A DNA stretch of 64,000 nt from Spirochaetia bacterium. Lineage in GTDB: Bacteria; Spirochaetota; Spirochaetia; DSM-27196; Salinispiraceae. Below the pieces are notes generated by a model, which was not told the DNA's origin, searched no databases, and was given only the letters and a program-made list of their open reading frames with translations. The stretch's first letter is position 1; each line of letters opens with the position of its first letter. Position numbers and translations under genes: made by a program. This document shows positions 8,387 through 18,598 of the stretch, piece after piece. The DNA lies in the NCBI GenBank assembly GCA_038204425.1, contig JBBRCZ010000002.1, forward strand, positions 220,222-284,221, read 5' to 3'.

Positions 8387-11049
8387 ACCGAGTTGCGGCT
8401 GGCGTTAACGCAGGCTGCCATACTTTTTATGATCATTTTTTCGAGTAGACCGCGTTGCTCAGTTTCTGCGCGCAAGGGCTGAGTCGACGTTTCTGCCATG
8501 TCAAGTCTTCGCAGTTCTTGAAGAGCCCACTGCTGTATGAGAGCAAGTGGGTGAATAAGCTCTTCTCTCATCTTGATAGAGGATTTTACCAAAGGATCAA
8601 ATTCTAGCAGAGATTCTTGGCCCGAAACCTGCAAAAGCATAGCTATGGTTAATCTGGCTTCGTTTGCTATTTTGTGACGGAGCCCACCAAATGGACTTTT
8701 GGTTTCATGCCATTGGCTAAGTGGTAAGTAGACCTTGCTTAGACTTTGCATCGAGTTTTCTAGTAGGGTTCTGAAGAATAAAGAGTTGCGGTACAAGTTG
8801 CGCAGGTCCTCAAGCCGACCGGATTGTGTTAGTTGAGCGAGCGCAGTACCAAGACCAAAGTAACCAGGAATATTTTGCTTTAGTTGGCTCCAAGCGCCAA
8901 CAAAGGGGATGGCTCGCAGGTCTTCCAATCTCAAAGCACTGTTTCCGTTGCGCTTAGTGGGGCGTGAGCTTATGTTGGCTTGACCGTAGTGAGACAAGGG
9001 GCTGTGGGCTTGAATATAAGGCAGAAAATCTGGATCCTCGCGCAGGGCAAGGTAGGATTGTTTGGAAACGGCGCTTAGCTCGTCAATAAGTGCACTTTCT
9101 TGGTCGTCAAGATGCCAGTCTTCGGTTTGGTCAAAAATATTGTTGTCAATGCCCGCTGAAAGCAATTGTTCAATGTTGTGTCTGGCAGTTTGTTCGTTTC
9201 CATACATTGAGCTGATGGTTTGACCTTGGATAGTCAGGTGAATGGCAAGGCTTTCGATATCGCGGCCCAAAGAGCGGTAGAACTTGTGGGTATTACCACC
9301 GCCGCGAGCTGGTGGGCCACCGCGACCATCAAAAAAAACTAAGGCTATAGTGTTGCTACGAGCCAAAGAAGTTAGACTCTGTTTGGCTTTGTAGATACTC
9401 CAATTTGCTGTTACATAGCCGCCGTCTTTGGTGCCATCAGAAAAACCTAACATTACATGTTGACGATTGCCGCGTAACGAAAGATGTTGCCGATAGACGG
9501 GGTGGTCAAACAAGGTTTGCATGGTCTGTTGAGCAGCAGTCAGGTCGTCGATAGTCTCAAACAATGGTACCAAGTCAAAGTCAATCTGATCACTTGAGTA
9601 GCCTGCCAAAATTGCCAGCAAACGCAGCGTTAAGAGGTCTGCAGGCCCTTGCGTGTTGCTAACGATAAAACGATGCAGGCCGTGTTTTCCATTGAGTGCT
9701 TGTATTTCGCGGGCGGCAATAAACACCTCCAAGCCATCTCTAATCACTTCATCTTCTATCCTAGACAAAATCTCAAGACCTCTACCCTTAAGCTCTTGTT
9801 CATTTAGGTTTGACAAAAACTCAAGCCGCTTTTTTTGGTTGAGGGCAGTAAAGTCGACTTTTTCTCCTATAACAAGACTAAGTACTTCTTCGAGTGTCTT
9901 GGCCAGCACGCGGCTGTCTTGGCGTAGGTCCAAAGAAGCAAAATAGAAGCCGAAACATCGCACCTTGTGGATAAAGAGATCCAAGTCTTCACTAAAAAGC
10001 CCATCGTGTTTTTCTATCAATATTTTTCGTACTTCTAGCAGTTCATCTAAAAAAGTGTCGACAGTGGCATAGCTAAAGTCGCCAGGGTCGACACAATAGA
10101 GTCCCTGGCGTAGGCTTGGTTCTGCTCGCATAATTGGGTTAATGCGGGCTGCTAGGGTTTCAAAAATGTCTTGCAACTTTTCGTATACGTCGTCAAAAGT
10201 CAGCTTGCCCAGTAGTTCTTGTAAGTCATTCAAGTAGAGTTTGATCAAGGTCTCATTGAGAAGGTTGCCAACTTTGACCGTAGTTACTGCTTTGACATTG
10301 GGGTTGCCGTCACGGTCGCCGCCTGGCCAGAAGCCGAGTTCCAAAACTGGTTCAAATGAGGACATATGGTCCATATCGTAACCGGCTGCGTTAAAGAGCT
10401 GTTGTTGGCTTTCAGGTAGGGTCTGGTAGAGTACATGTTCCATAAACCAAAGTACCGCTTTGGCCTCATCAAAAGGGCTCGGTCGTTCTTTCTTTTTAAA
10501 CCGGGTACGACCGAGTTGCAACAAGAGTCGATAAACCTGGGCGAGGTCATCCCTAGAGATTGCATCGCGCAACTTGGCGATGATTCCCAAAACTTGTTCA
10601 GTATAAAACTGAGTAGGATGGGCGGTGAGTACTATACGAATGCTAAACTGATGCAACAAATGGGCGAGATCTTCTTGTTTATCGGCTAGTGCTATACGTC
10701 CCAAGATGTCATGTAGGCTTCCGCTGGCATTCATGTCGCGGGTAAGGTGAAAAGTAGCCTCTTCTACGGCGTCAAAGAGCACAATCTGGCGTTCTACAAG
10801 GCGTAGAAGCGCGAAAATTCGGTTAGAAAGATCAGTGAAATTTTGTACATCCATGCGACGGCCAAAAAAATCGTTGATAATTTCGTCAGGAGCGCGACTA
10901 AGTTCTAGTTGCTCGCGACAAAAGCTGGCAAACAATGGCAAGGTGTAGCCGGCGAGGCCAACCTGCTCGTAAGGCAGGTCAAAAAAGAGTCCGCAATAGA
11001 GGCGAAACTTCATGGCAACTTGTTCTGTAAAACTCCGATTTAATGACAT
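8383..11049 (-). CDS. ppc: Phosphoenolpyruvate carboxylase
   Basis: VLTAHPT, WPGGDRDGNP, PLFETI, VMLGFSDGTKDGG, GRGGPPARGG, LRAIPF and RNS C-terminus; start codon inferred. Confidence 0.96.
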   Translation of the reverse strand: MSLNRSFTEQVAMKFRLYCGLFFDLPYEQVGLAGYTLPLFASFCREQLELSRAPDEIINDFFGRRMDVQNFTDLSNRIFALLRLVERQIVLFDAVEEATFHLTRDMNASGSLHDILGRIALADKQEDLAHLLHQFSIRIVLTAHPTQFYTEQVLGIIAKLRDAISRDDLAQVYRLLLQLGRTRFKKKERPSPFDEAKAVLWFMEHVLYQTLPESQQQLFNAAGYDMDHMSSFEPVLELGFWPGGDRDGNPNVKAVTTVKVGNLLNETLIKLYLNDLQELLGKLTFDDVYEKLQDIFETLAARINPIMRAEPSLRQGLYCVDPGDFSYATVDTFLDELLEVRKILIEKHDGLFSEDLDLFIHKVRCFGFYFASLDLRQDSRVLAKTLEEVLSLVIGEKVDFTALNQKKRLEFLSNLNEQELKGRGLEILSRIEDEVIRDGLEVFIAAREIQALNGKHGLHRFIVSNTQGPADLLTLRLLAILAGYSSDQIDFDLVPLFETIDDLTAAQQTMQTLFDHPVYRQHLSLRGNRQHVMLGFSDGTKDGGYVTANWSIYKAKQSLTSLARSNTIALVFFDGRGGPPARGGGNTHKFYRSLGRDIESLAIHLTIQGQTISSMYGNEQTARHNIEQLLSAGIDNNIFDQTEDWHLDDQESALIDELSAVSKQSYLALREDPDFLPYIQAHSPLSHYGQANISSRPTKRNGNSALRLEDLRAIPFVGAWSQLKQNIPGYFGLGTALAQLTQSGRLEDLRNLYRNSLFFRTLLENSMQSLSKVYLPLSQWHETKSPFGGLRHKIANEARLTIAMLLQVSGQESLLEFDPLVKSSIKMREELIHPLALIQQWALQELRRLDMAETSTQPLRAETEQRGLLEKMIIKSMAACVNASRNSV

Positions 11050-11080
11050 AAGCGCAAAGTACCCTAAATTAAGCTCTGTA

Positions 11081-11578
11081 TCAATCGTCGAGTAGACTGC
11101 TGAGCAGTATCTTGCTTGCAAATGTGGGCTTTTTGCTGAGCTCCAACCAGCTATCCATCTCGAGTTCCAAACACAGGCAATGGCAGGGCCGCAGGTGCTG
11201 GGTTTGGCCCGTCAGCATCCAGGCAAGCTCTTCCAAGCATGGGTTGTGGGCTACAATCATAATGCTGGCTTGGCTTAGCTGCTGAATATAATTGATGATA
11301 TCGTCGGGTACCGCGGCATACAGCTGACTGCTTAACTCAAGCGTGGTAGTGATAGGCAAGACACTTTTGATCAGCTGAGCAGTGTGCATCGCTCGTTGGG
11401 CGTCGCTGGAGACTATCAGTTCTATTGACTTGTTGGTTTGTGAAAGCCGCTTGCCCAATAGTTTTCCGAGGTCGAGTGCGTTTTGAATGCCGCCAGAGGT
11501 CAACGCGCGGCTGTGGTCTAAGCCGTCGGCTGAATAATTGTTGGTCTTAGCGTGGCGACAAATATAAAGTGTCTTCAT
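11081..11578 (-). CDS. sixA: Histidine phosphatase, SixA family
   Basis: MKTLYICRHAK, SSDAQRAMHTA and AHNP; ATGA overlap with the upstream gene. Confidence 0.85.
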   Translation of the reverse strand: MKTLYICRHAKTNNYSADGLDHSRALTSGGIQNALDLGKLLGKRLSQTNKSIELIVSSDAQRAMHTAQLIKSVLPITTTLELSSQLYAAVPDDIINYIQQLSQASIMIVAHNPCLEELAWMLTGQTQHLRPCHCLCLELEMDSWLELSKKPTFASKILLSSLLDD

Positions 11579-12201
11579 GGTGCGTCTCCCTTGAGTTTTG
11601 CCTCGGTCTGGCTTGGGTCTCTGGCGGCCAAGGCAGACACCCCAGAAAGCCATTCGCGGCGATCGTGCCAAGATGCATCGTGTTGCGGACCGCACCAGAT
11701 GGTGCTGCCGGCGAGAGCACCACAGAAGGCAGCGCCATGGTCAAACATGGTTGTCTTTAAAGGATGCTCGGCCTGAGCAGCACTATCGCTAGAAACTACT
11801 AGGTGCCAGGTCTGTCCATTGAGTAAACCAACACTGCTACGAGTTTGCAAAAAATCTTCTTGATAGTTGTACGCTATGCCTGGACGCAATACACGATCTA
11901 GCCAACCTTCTAGTATGGCAGGAAAACGTCCCCACCATTCCGGACCTATAAAAACCACCGAGCCAGCTTGCCTTAAATCTTCTTGATGGCTCAGGATTAG
12001 TGCGTCAAAACTACTCTTGCTGTCCAGTTCGTTTGGTCCCATTACGGGGTCAAAGGCCTCAGCGTACAGGTCACGAACAATACAGAGGCGGCCTATCTCA
12101 TTGCAGCGCTGACAAAGTACTTGAGCACAAGAAGCGCAAAAGCTATCGGTCTTAGGGTGGGCCAAAATTATGAGAAGGGTTTCGCTCTTGATCAAAGTCA
12201 T
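11575..12201 (-). CDS. NAD(P)H-dependent oxidoreductase, flavodoxin-like (Flavodoxin_2) fold
   Basis: LAHPKTDSF, RDLYAEAFDP and PEWWGRFPAILEGWLDRV motifs. Confidence 0.85.
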   Translation of the reverse strand: MTLIKSETLLIILAHPKTDSFCASCAQVLCQRCNEIGRLCIVRDLYAEAFDPVMGPNELDSKSSFDALILSHQEDLRQAGSVVFIGPEWWGRFPAILEGWLDRVLRPGIAYNYQEDFLQTRSSVGLLNGQTWHLVVSSDSAAQAEHPLKTTMFDHGAAFCGALAGSTIWCGPQHDASWHDRREWLSGVSALAARDPSQTEAKLKGDAP

Positions 12202-12402
12202 CTGCAAAGCCTAATGCATCCAAGACTCTTGGGCAATGCAGATAAAAACCGTATACTTTTATCAGAAACTGTGGTTAGTATCACGTTAAGGTTTCTTGCT
12301 CAGACACTGGTAAAAAATGAATGATTGAAGGTATACAGGTCAATAACCTTGCTTATACCCAAGTAAATCAGTAAAGTAAATATATGGAAGGAGCCTTGGA
12401 AC

Positions 12403-12705
12403 ATGGTAACAAAAGGCCAGATTCTAGACTCGCTACGTAAAGTCTATGACCCAGAAATTGGGATCAATGTTGTCGATGTCGGCTTGGTATATAGAGTGGA
12501 ATGTTTTGATGATAGGGTAGAAGTTGACTTTACTTTGACTTCTCCGGGGTGCCCGCTTGCTGATGTTATTGAGTCAGATATGAAGACCAGCATTAGGGCA
12601 GATCACGAAATAGAGAATGTAATTACCACCTTGGTTTGGAATCCACCTTGGGGCATAGAATATATGAGCGAAGATGCGCGCTTGGAACTTGGCTACCCAA
12701 TTTAA
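12403..12705 (+). CDS. Metal-sulfur cluster assembly factor (DUF59/SufT/MIP18 family)
   Basis: VYDPEIGINVVDVGLVY, TLTSPGCP and WNPPW motifs; AGGAG RBS. Confidence 0.92.
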   Translation: MVTKGQILDSLRKVYDPEIGINVVDVGLVYRVECFDDRVEVDFTLTSPGCPLADVIESDMKTSIRADHEIENVITTLVWNPPWGIEYMSEDARLELGYPI

Positions 12706-12753
12706 GTGGTGCCGCAGATAGAATGAATTTTCGCTTTCTTGTGGAGGAATAGG

Positions 12754-13620
12754 ATGACGCTTGAGATTACAGATTTACATGCTAGGATAGAAGATAAACC
12801 AATCTTAAAAGGAATCAACTTAACCATTAAAACTGGTGAGATGCACGCGATAATGGGGCCCAATGGCTCTGGAAAGAGCACGCTTTCAAATGTGATCATG
12901 GGACACCCATCGTATGAAGTAACTGCAGGGAAAATACTGCTCGACGGTCAAGACGTTTTACAGATGGAAACTCATGAACGGGCGCGTAAGGGTCTTTTTA
13001 TGGCTTTTCAATATCCTGTAGAGATTCCCGGGATCACGGTCGGACGTTTTCTCAAACGAGCCGTTGAAATTAGCCAAGGTTTGGCACCAAGTGTACGAGC
13101 TCCTTTGCCTGGTCGCAGTGCACCAGGATCGGCTTTGGCCATTGGAGCGCCGACGCCACCAGCCAAGCCCAACGCCCGACCTTCAAGCTTTGTAAAAGAA
13201 CTGCGTGAAGCTATGACGTTTATGGAAATAGATCAACAATTTATTAATCGCTATCTAAACGAAGGATTTTCTGGCGGTGAAAAAAAGCGGATGGAAGTCT
13301 TGCAAATGCTCTTGCTTAAGCCTTCCTTTGCAATTCTTGATGAGACCGACTCTGGCCTTGATATTGATGCTCTCAAGGTAGTCTCCAAGGGTGTCAATCA
13401 CTTGCGAAGCCCAAATTTTGGGGCCATTATCATCACCCACTATCAACGCTTGCTCTCTCATATCAGGCCTGATTTTGTTCATATTCTCTACCAAGGACGC
13501 ATTGCGACTTCTGGTGGCGAAGAACTGGTTCAAGCACTTGAGGACAAGGGTTACGACTGGGTTAAGAAACAATATGGCATAGAGGAGGAATCCAATGAAG
13601 AAGCAGTGGTTCTCAACTAA
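12754..13620 (+). CDS. sufC: Fe-S cluster assembly ATPase SufC
   Basis: GPNGSGKST, AFQYPVEIPG, FSGGEKKR, LDETDSGLDIDAL and ITHYQRLL. Confidence 0.96.
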   Translation: MTLEITDLHARIEDKPILKGINLTIKTGEMHAIMGPNGSGKSTLSNVIMGHPSYEVTAGKILLDGQDVLQMETHERARKGLFMAFQYPVEIPGITVGRFLKRAVEISQGLAPSVRAPLPGRSAPGSALAIGAPTPPAKPNARPSSFVKELREAMTFMEIDQQFINRYLNEGFSGGEKKRMEVLQMLLLKPSFAILDETDSGLDIDALKVVSKGVNHLRSPNFGAIIITHYQRLLSHIRPDFVHILYQGRIATSGGEELVQALEDKGYDWVKKQYGIEEESNEEAVVLN

Positions 13621-15067
13621 TCGGATACAGAATGCCGCTGACAGCGGTACCGTTGCTAGTACACTTGGTGCGGAAGAAGCACTCAAGCAACAAGAAGACT
13701 ATAAGTTTGGTTTTGCCTTTCCTGATGCATCGGTTTTTAAGACTGGCAAGGGAATAAATGAGTCAGTAGTTAAGTCAATTTCGTCCCACAAAAACGAACC
13801 TGACTGGATGCTGGCCTACCGACTCAAGAGTTTGGAAGCCTTTAGAGAAAAATCCATGCCCAACTGGGGTGGCGATCTTTCTGGCATTGACTTTGAAAAT
13901 ATCTATTACTATGCTAAACCAACTCAAGACGCCAAAACGAAGTGGGAAGAGCTGCCTGCTGACATTTTGGAAACCTATCGCCGGCTGGGACTTCCTGAGG
14001 CCGAACAAAAGTTTTTGGCGGGTGTAGGCGCGCAATATGACTCCGAAATGGTCTACCATTCTATTCGCAAAGATCTTGAGGACAAGGGTGTTATTTTTAC
14101 CTCTCCCGAAGAAGCAGTTTTGAAGTACCCTGACTTGGTTAAGCAATATTTTGGCACGGTCATCCCTTTTAACGACAACAAGTTTGCAGCTCTCAATAGC
14201 GCAGCTTGGAGCGGTGGCAGTTTTGTTTATGTACCCAAGGGCGTAAAGGTGGATATTCCTATTCAGGCCTATTTTCGTATCAATAGCGAAAACTTTGGCC
14301 AGTTTGAGCGCACCTTGATTATTGCCGACGAAGACAGCTTTGTTCATTATGTAGAAGGTTGTACTGCACCAATTTATTCGAGTGATAGTCTTCACTCAGC
14401 CGTGGTAGAAATCATTGCTCTCAAGGGTAGTCGCGTGCGCTATTCAACCATTCAAAACTGGTCAAACGACGTTTACAATTTGGTCACCAAACGGGCTGTT
14501 GCCTACGAAGGTGCAACCGTAGAATGGGTAGACGGCAACCTTGGTTCTAAACGAACCATGAAGTACCCAGCCATTTACTTAAAGGGTAAGGGTAGTCACG
14601 GTGAGGTGCTCTCAATTGCCTTTGCATCTGGGGGGCAGGAACAAGACACCGGCGCCAAAATTGTGCATTTGGCCGATGACACCTCGTCGGTAGTTACCGC
14701 CAAGTCCATATCTCGCAGTGGTGGCATCTCAAGCTATCGTGGTCTGGTTAAGGTCAACCCCGGCCTTAAGAATGTTAGGGCTCATGTAGTTTGTGACGCG
14801 CTGATTCTTGATCCGCAAAGCACCTCAAATACCTACCCATATATGGAAATACACGCTACCGATGTATCGATAGAGCATGAGGCCCGCGTCTCGCGCATTA
14901 GCGAGGAGCAGCTTTTTTACTTGCAGACTCGTGGTTTGGACGAAACTGAGGCCAGTATGATGATAGTAAATGGCTTTCTTGATCCATTGGTTAAACAATT
15001 GCCGATGGAGTACGCCATGGAGCTCAATCGTTTGATTGAACTTGAGATGGAAGGATCGGTAGGTTGA
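13595..15067 (+). CDS. sufB: Fe-S cluster assembly protein SufB
   Basis: GAQYDSE, GQFERTLI, YVEGCTAP, LFYLQTRG and EMEGSVG C-terminus. Confidence 0.96.
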   Translation: MKKQWFSTNRIQNAADSGTVASTLGAEEALKQQEDYKFGFAFPDASVFKTGKGINESVVKSISSHKNEPDWMLAYRLKSLEAFREKSMPNWGGDLSGIDFENIYYYAKPTQDAKTKWEELPADILETYRRLGLPEAEQKFLAGVGAQYDSEMVYHSIRKDLEDKGVIFTSPEEAVLKYPDLVKQYFGTVIPFNDNKFAALNSAAWSGGSFVYVPKGVKVDIPIQAYFRINSENFGQFERTLIIADEDSFVHYVEGCTAPIYSSDSLHSAVVEIIALKGSRVRYSTIQNWSNDVYNLVTKRAVAYEGATVEWVDGNLGSKRTMKYPAIYLKGKGSHGEVLSIAFASGGQEQDTGAKIVHLADDTSSVVTAKSISRSGGISSYRGLVKVNPGLKNVRAHVVCDALILDPQSTSNTYPYMEIHATDVSIEHEARVSRISEEQLFYLQTRGLDETEASMMIVNGFLDPLVKQLPMEYAMELNRLIELEMEGSVG

Positions 15068-15069
15068 TA

Positions 15070-16461
15070 ATGCAGAGTCAGGATTCCGCGGTTAAAGTAG
15101 AAAAAATAGCATCGTTTACGCATCAGGGTATCGCGGCTTTGGATCAATTGATAGCCAAGCGTCTGGGTAATGGTGAAGACAAGCTTATAAACGCACTTCG
15201 CAGCAAGGCGGCATTGAGAGCGCAGCAGCGCGCTTGGCCTGCTGCTGACGAAGAAGAGTGGCGTCGCAGTAGATTGTCGGCTTTTGACTTTGATTCTCTT
15301 TTGTACGGTTATGACGGTGTTGCTAACTTGCAAAGCTCAGATGCGCTTATTCCTGACTTCTTGTGTAAACCAGTTGACCCGCTTGATTTTGACGGCTGTG
15401 CCGAGCTGCAAAGCGACGATTTTTCTGGCATGGTAAAGGTGAAACTTGGTCATAGCAGCGTAGAATATAGCTTGGATGTTAAATCCAAGGGGCTTTACGT
15501 GGGCTTGCTGGGCGACAAGAGCGTGCCGTCTGCGTTGGCGGCTAAGGCTCTAAACATACTTGAGGACATGATTGCCCGCAGTGATAATCGTTTCCAAAGT
15601 TGGAACTTAGCTGCCTATGATCTGGCTTTACTTGTATGTGTAGAAAAGAACCAAACTATAGAAAAGCCACTGGTAATTGATTGGCAGCTCAGTGGCGAAG
15701 ATAAAGTCTTGCACGGTCTGGTGATAGTGGTACTTGAAGAGAGCAGCTCGCTCACGGTGCTTGAACACCAAAGTGGTAGCGGCGGTTTTTTGCTCAATGA
15801 CGGACGTTATGCCAACGTTGCCGCCAATGCCCAACTCAATTGGAACCTAGTCCGCAATGTTGGCGACGAAGAAGTTGTCGTCTCCCACGGACACATAGTT
15901 GTTGAGCGAGATGCACGACTCAAGTTTGCTCAATCTGAACTTGGTGGTGGCTGGGTTAAGACGCGCCTAGCTACAGACTTGGCTGGAGAAGGGGCTGATG
16001 TGCATCTTGAGGGTTTGTACTTTGGCCATGGTTCACAACATGTGGACTTGAGAACGGTTCAAAACCACCTTGCGCCACGTGCCAGCAGTCGCGCTTTGTA
16101 CAAAGGCGTGGTCAGAGACGAAGCGCGCACTATCTACCAAGGCTTGATTTTTGTCGCCCCCGGTGCCAACAAGACCGACGCCTATCTCAATAACCGCAAT
16201 CTCGTACTCAATGATGGGGCGCGCGCGGATAGTATTCCTACCTTAGAAATCAGAACAGATGACGTAAAATGTAGCCACGGATCTACCACTAGCAAGCTCT
16301 TGGATGAGCACTTGTTTTATTTGCAAAACCGAGGTTTTTCTGTCAAAGATGCCAAGGCTATGCTGATAGAAGCGTTTCTTGGTCAAGTTAGTGGCTCCAT
16401 GTCCGAACTCGTGCAGACCAAAATTCAAGCAGTAGTTTTGGGAAGAGTTGAGGACGTCTAA
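15070..16461 (+). CDS. sufD: Fe-S cluster assembly protein SufD
   Basis: EEWR near N-terminus, PTLEIRTDDVKCSHGS and LFYLQNRG; directly follows sufB. Confidence 0.93.
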   Translation: MQSQDSAVKVEKIASFTHQGIAALDQLIAKRLGNGEDKLINALRSKAALRAQQRAWPAADEEEWRRSRLSAFDFDSLLYGYDGVANLQSSDALIPDFLCKPVDPLDFDGCAELQSDDFSGMVKVKLGHSSVEYSLDVKSKGLYVGLLGDKSVPSALAAKALNILEDMIARSDNRFQSWNLAAYDLALLVCVEKNQTIEKPLVIDWQLSGEDKVLHGLVIVVLEESSSLTVLEHQSGSGGFLLNDGRYANVAANAQLNWNLVRNVGDEEVVVSHGHIVVERDARLKFAQSELGGGWVKTRLATDLAGEGADVHLEGLYFGHGSQHVDLRTVQNHLAPRASSRALYKGVVRDEARTIYQGLIFVAPGANKTDAYLNNRNLVLNDGARADSIPTLEIRTDDVKCSHGSTTSKLLDEHLFYLQNRGFSVKDAKAMLIEAFLGQVSGSMSELVQTKIQAVVLGRVEDV

Positions 16462-16464
16462 GCG

Positions 16465-16791
16465 ATGGGTCTTTTAGGAAAAAAGCAGGCTGCCCAGTGG
16501 GTGGCTACGCTTGCATTAAACGAGTTTTCGCACACTCATTGCTTTTCTCACAACAAGCATGAGTATGCACTCTACAAGCTTGAAGACGGCGTCTATTGCA
16601 CTGACAATTCTTGCAGCCACGAATACTCGCCACTTTGTGAGGGTATGGTAATGGACGGTGAGGTCTATTGTCCCAAGCACGGTAGTCGTTTTGATATAAG
16701 AACAGGTGCGGTTGTCAACTTTCCTGCCACCACTGATGTCAAAACCTACCCAACAAAAATCGAAGATGGAATGGTTTGGATCCTAGTATAA
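16465..16791 (+). CDS. Rieske [2Fe-2S] ferredoxin
   Basis: CSH and CPKHGSRFD Rieske ligand motifs. Confidence 0.92.
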   Translation: MGLLGKKQAAQWVATLALNEFSHTHCFSHNKHEYALYKLEDGVYCTDNSCSHEYSPLCEGMVMDGEVYCPKHGSRFDIRTGAVVNFPATTDVKTYPTKIEDGMVWILV

Positions 16792-16794
16792 AAA

Positions 16795-17862
16795 ATGAAA
16801 ACAAGCCTTCATCTCGACATCTACGATGCCAGGCACCGTGCTCAGGCTGCGTCAATAATCAAAGATGGTGGCACGGTAGTCTTTCCAACCGAAACTGTCT
16901 ATGGACTCGGTGCGGACGCCGGTAACCCGCACGCAATCGCAAAGATTTTTGCAGCCAAAGGTCGACCTGCTGACAACCCACTTATTGTCCACGTTGCTAA
17001 TCAGCAAGCTTTTTTGGACGCGAGCCATGACCAAAATCAGTTAAGTCTTTATTTGGTAGAGCACTTGCAGCCGGGACCGGTTAGCATAATTGTGCAGCGC
17101 AGTGAACAAATATCAAGTGCTACTAGCACCGGGCTAGCAACGGTTGGCCTGCGCATACCGCAACTGGATCTTTGTCGAGATTTTCTTGCCTTGTGTGGCT
17201 GCCCAGTTGCGGCCCCCAGCGCCAATCTGTCCGGGCAGCCAAGTCCCACCAACTTTGCTATGGCATGTCGGGCCATGGATGGCAGGGCGGATGCAATCCT
17301 GAGCGGACCGCCATCCCAGCTTGGACTCGAGTCAGCCATCCTATACGCCGCTGACGACCAAACGCTGCATGTCCTGCGCCCCGGTCAGATTGACCTTAAC
17401 AGTCTTAAAATAGATCTTGCCAAGGCGGGCTTTGTTGGTCTAAGCATTCACTTACCTGGTAGCGGTCAGCACGTTCCGCCAGCGCCTGGTACGCGCCATC
17501 GACACTATGCACCTCACGCCAAGGTCTACCTTTATTACAGCCAAGACCAGCTCAAAGAACTTGTACAAAGCCTTTGCCTGCAAAATCAAAGCATAGCTCT
17601 ATTGGCCGAACCCAGTCAGGCTATCGCAAGTCAAGCTGGTCGCCAGACCAGCCAGTTTACCTTGATGCCTGATGGCAACTACTCATGCCAGGCTGCCAGT
17701 CTATCTGAGTATGAACAGTCTCTCTACAGGCTTTTTTTTGATGCAGACGATCTTGGCTGTAAGGCAATTGTGGCTTGGTGCCCCCACCAGGACGGAATTT
17801 TTGGGCAAACAAGCCTCGCCTTGCAAGACCGGCTGCAACGCGCAGCTGGTAAGCTAAACTAG
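16795..17862 (+). CDS. sua5: L-threonylcarbamoyladenylate synthase, Sua5 (TsaC2) type
   Basis: FPTETVYGLGA, KGRPADNPLIVH, AAPSANLSG and PG..HRHYAP linker. Confidence 0.93.
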   Translation: MKTSLHLDIYDARHRAQAASIIKDGGTVVFPTETVYGLGADAGNPHAIAKIFAAKGRPADNPLIVHVANQQAFLDASHDQNQLSLYLVEHLQPGPVSIIVQRSEQISSATSTGLATVGLRIPQLDLCRDFLALCGCPVAAPSANLSGQPSPTNFAMACRAMDGRADAILSGPPSQLGLESAILYAADDQTLHVLRPGQIDLNSLKIDLAKAGFVGLSIHLPGSGQHVPPAPGTRHRHYAPHAKVYLYYSQDQLKELVQSLCLQNQSIALLAEPSQAIASQAGRQTSQFTLMPDGNYSCQAASLSEYEQSLYRLFFDADDLGCKAIVAWCPHQDGIFGQTSLALQDRLQRAAGKLN

Positions 17863-17872
17863 TTGGTGGTGG

Positions 17873-18598
17873 CTATTTATTCTTGGCGTTAGCGAGATAG
17901 TCTTTGACAAAGTTCTTTATGGTACCCTTGTCGCTTGTACTAAGCTTATGAAACTGAATTCCCAGTCCATGTCCGGCCTCGCGAACAACGGTTCCTGAGC
18001 AAGTTATAGTTTTCTTGGCAACCTGTAGTTGAATATCTAGATTGTCACCGACATGAAAACCTGTGCTGGTCCCTGGAACAAAGCATCCAGTATAAGACAA
18101 ATCGCTAATTTCATGATTCTTTTTGTTGAACGCAATGCTATGCTTGATAGGGAAGCGCTTGTTTGCTCTCCAGCTACGTGGAAGCACTTGGAAGTAGGGC
18201 GTTTTAAAGTCTTTCTGAAGAACAAAGCCAATGATTATTACCAAGACCACATTGCCAAGCATCATCAAGAGCAGATACGGACCGGAAACCACGTTGAAAT
18301 AGTTTGCTGGCGAAAAAACAAGCTTAATTATTGAGTCGAGTACTATCCAGCTGGAATGAATCAAGAATGCATACCAGGTAAATGGCTTAACAAACCAAAA
18401 CGAGATACCAACTAGAGGCGCTGTAAAAAGCCAGATAGCGGCAAATGGACCATATGCGCTAAAGAAATTGCTTAGTACCGTGCCGAGTGGTATTTGATTA
18501 TTCAATAGACTAAATAAGAGAATATTCATAACTGGGGCCAGTATGTAGGCGACGATTATGACGTATAATTGAAGTGGGCGAATGATCTTGGTCTTCAT
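17873..18598 (-). CDS. Membrane protein (about 4 TM helices) with C-terminal PilZ domain
   Basis: RANKR (RxxxR) and DLSYTG (DxSxxG) motifs, GTVVR..GLGIQF; hydrophobic N-terminal ~125 aa; AGGAG RBS. Confidence 0.8.
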   Translation of the reverse strand: MKTKIIRPLQLYVIIVAYILAPVMNILLFSLLNNQIPLGTVLSNFFSAYGPFAAIWLFTAPLVGISFWFVKPFTWYAFLIHSSWIVLDSIIKLVFSPANYFNVVSGPYLLLMMLGNVVLVIIIGFVLQKDFKTPYFQVLPRSWRANKRFPIKHSIAFNKKNHEISDLSYTGCFVPGTSTGFHVGDNLDIQLQVAKKTITCSGTVVREAGHGLGIQFHKLSTSDKGTIKNFVKDYLANAKNK

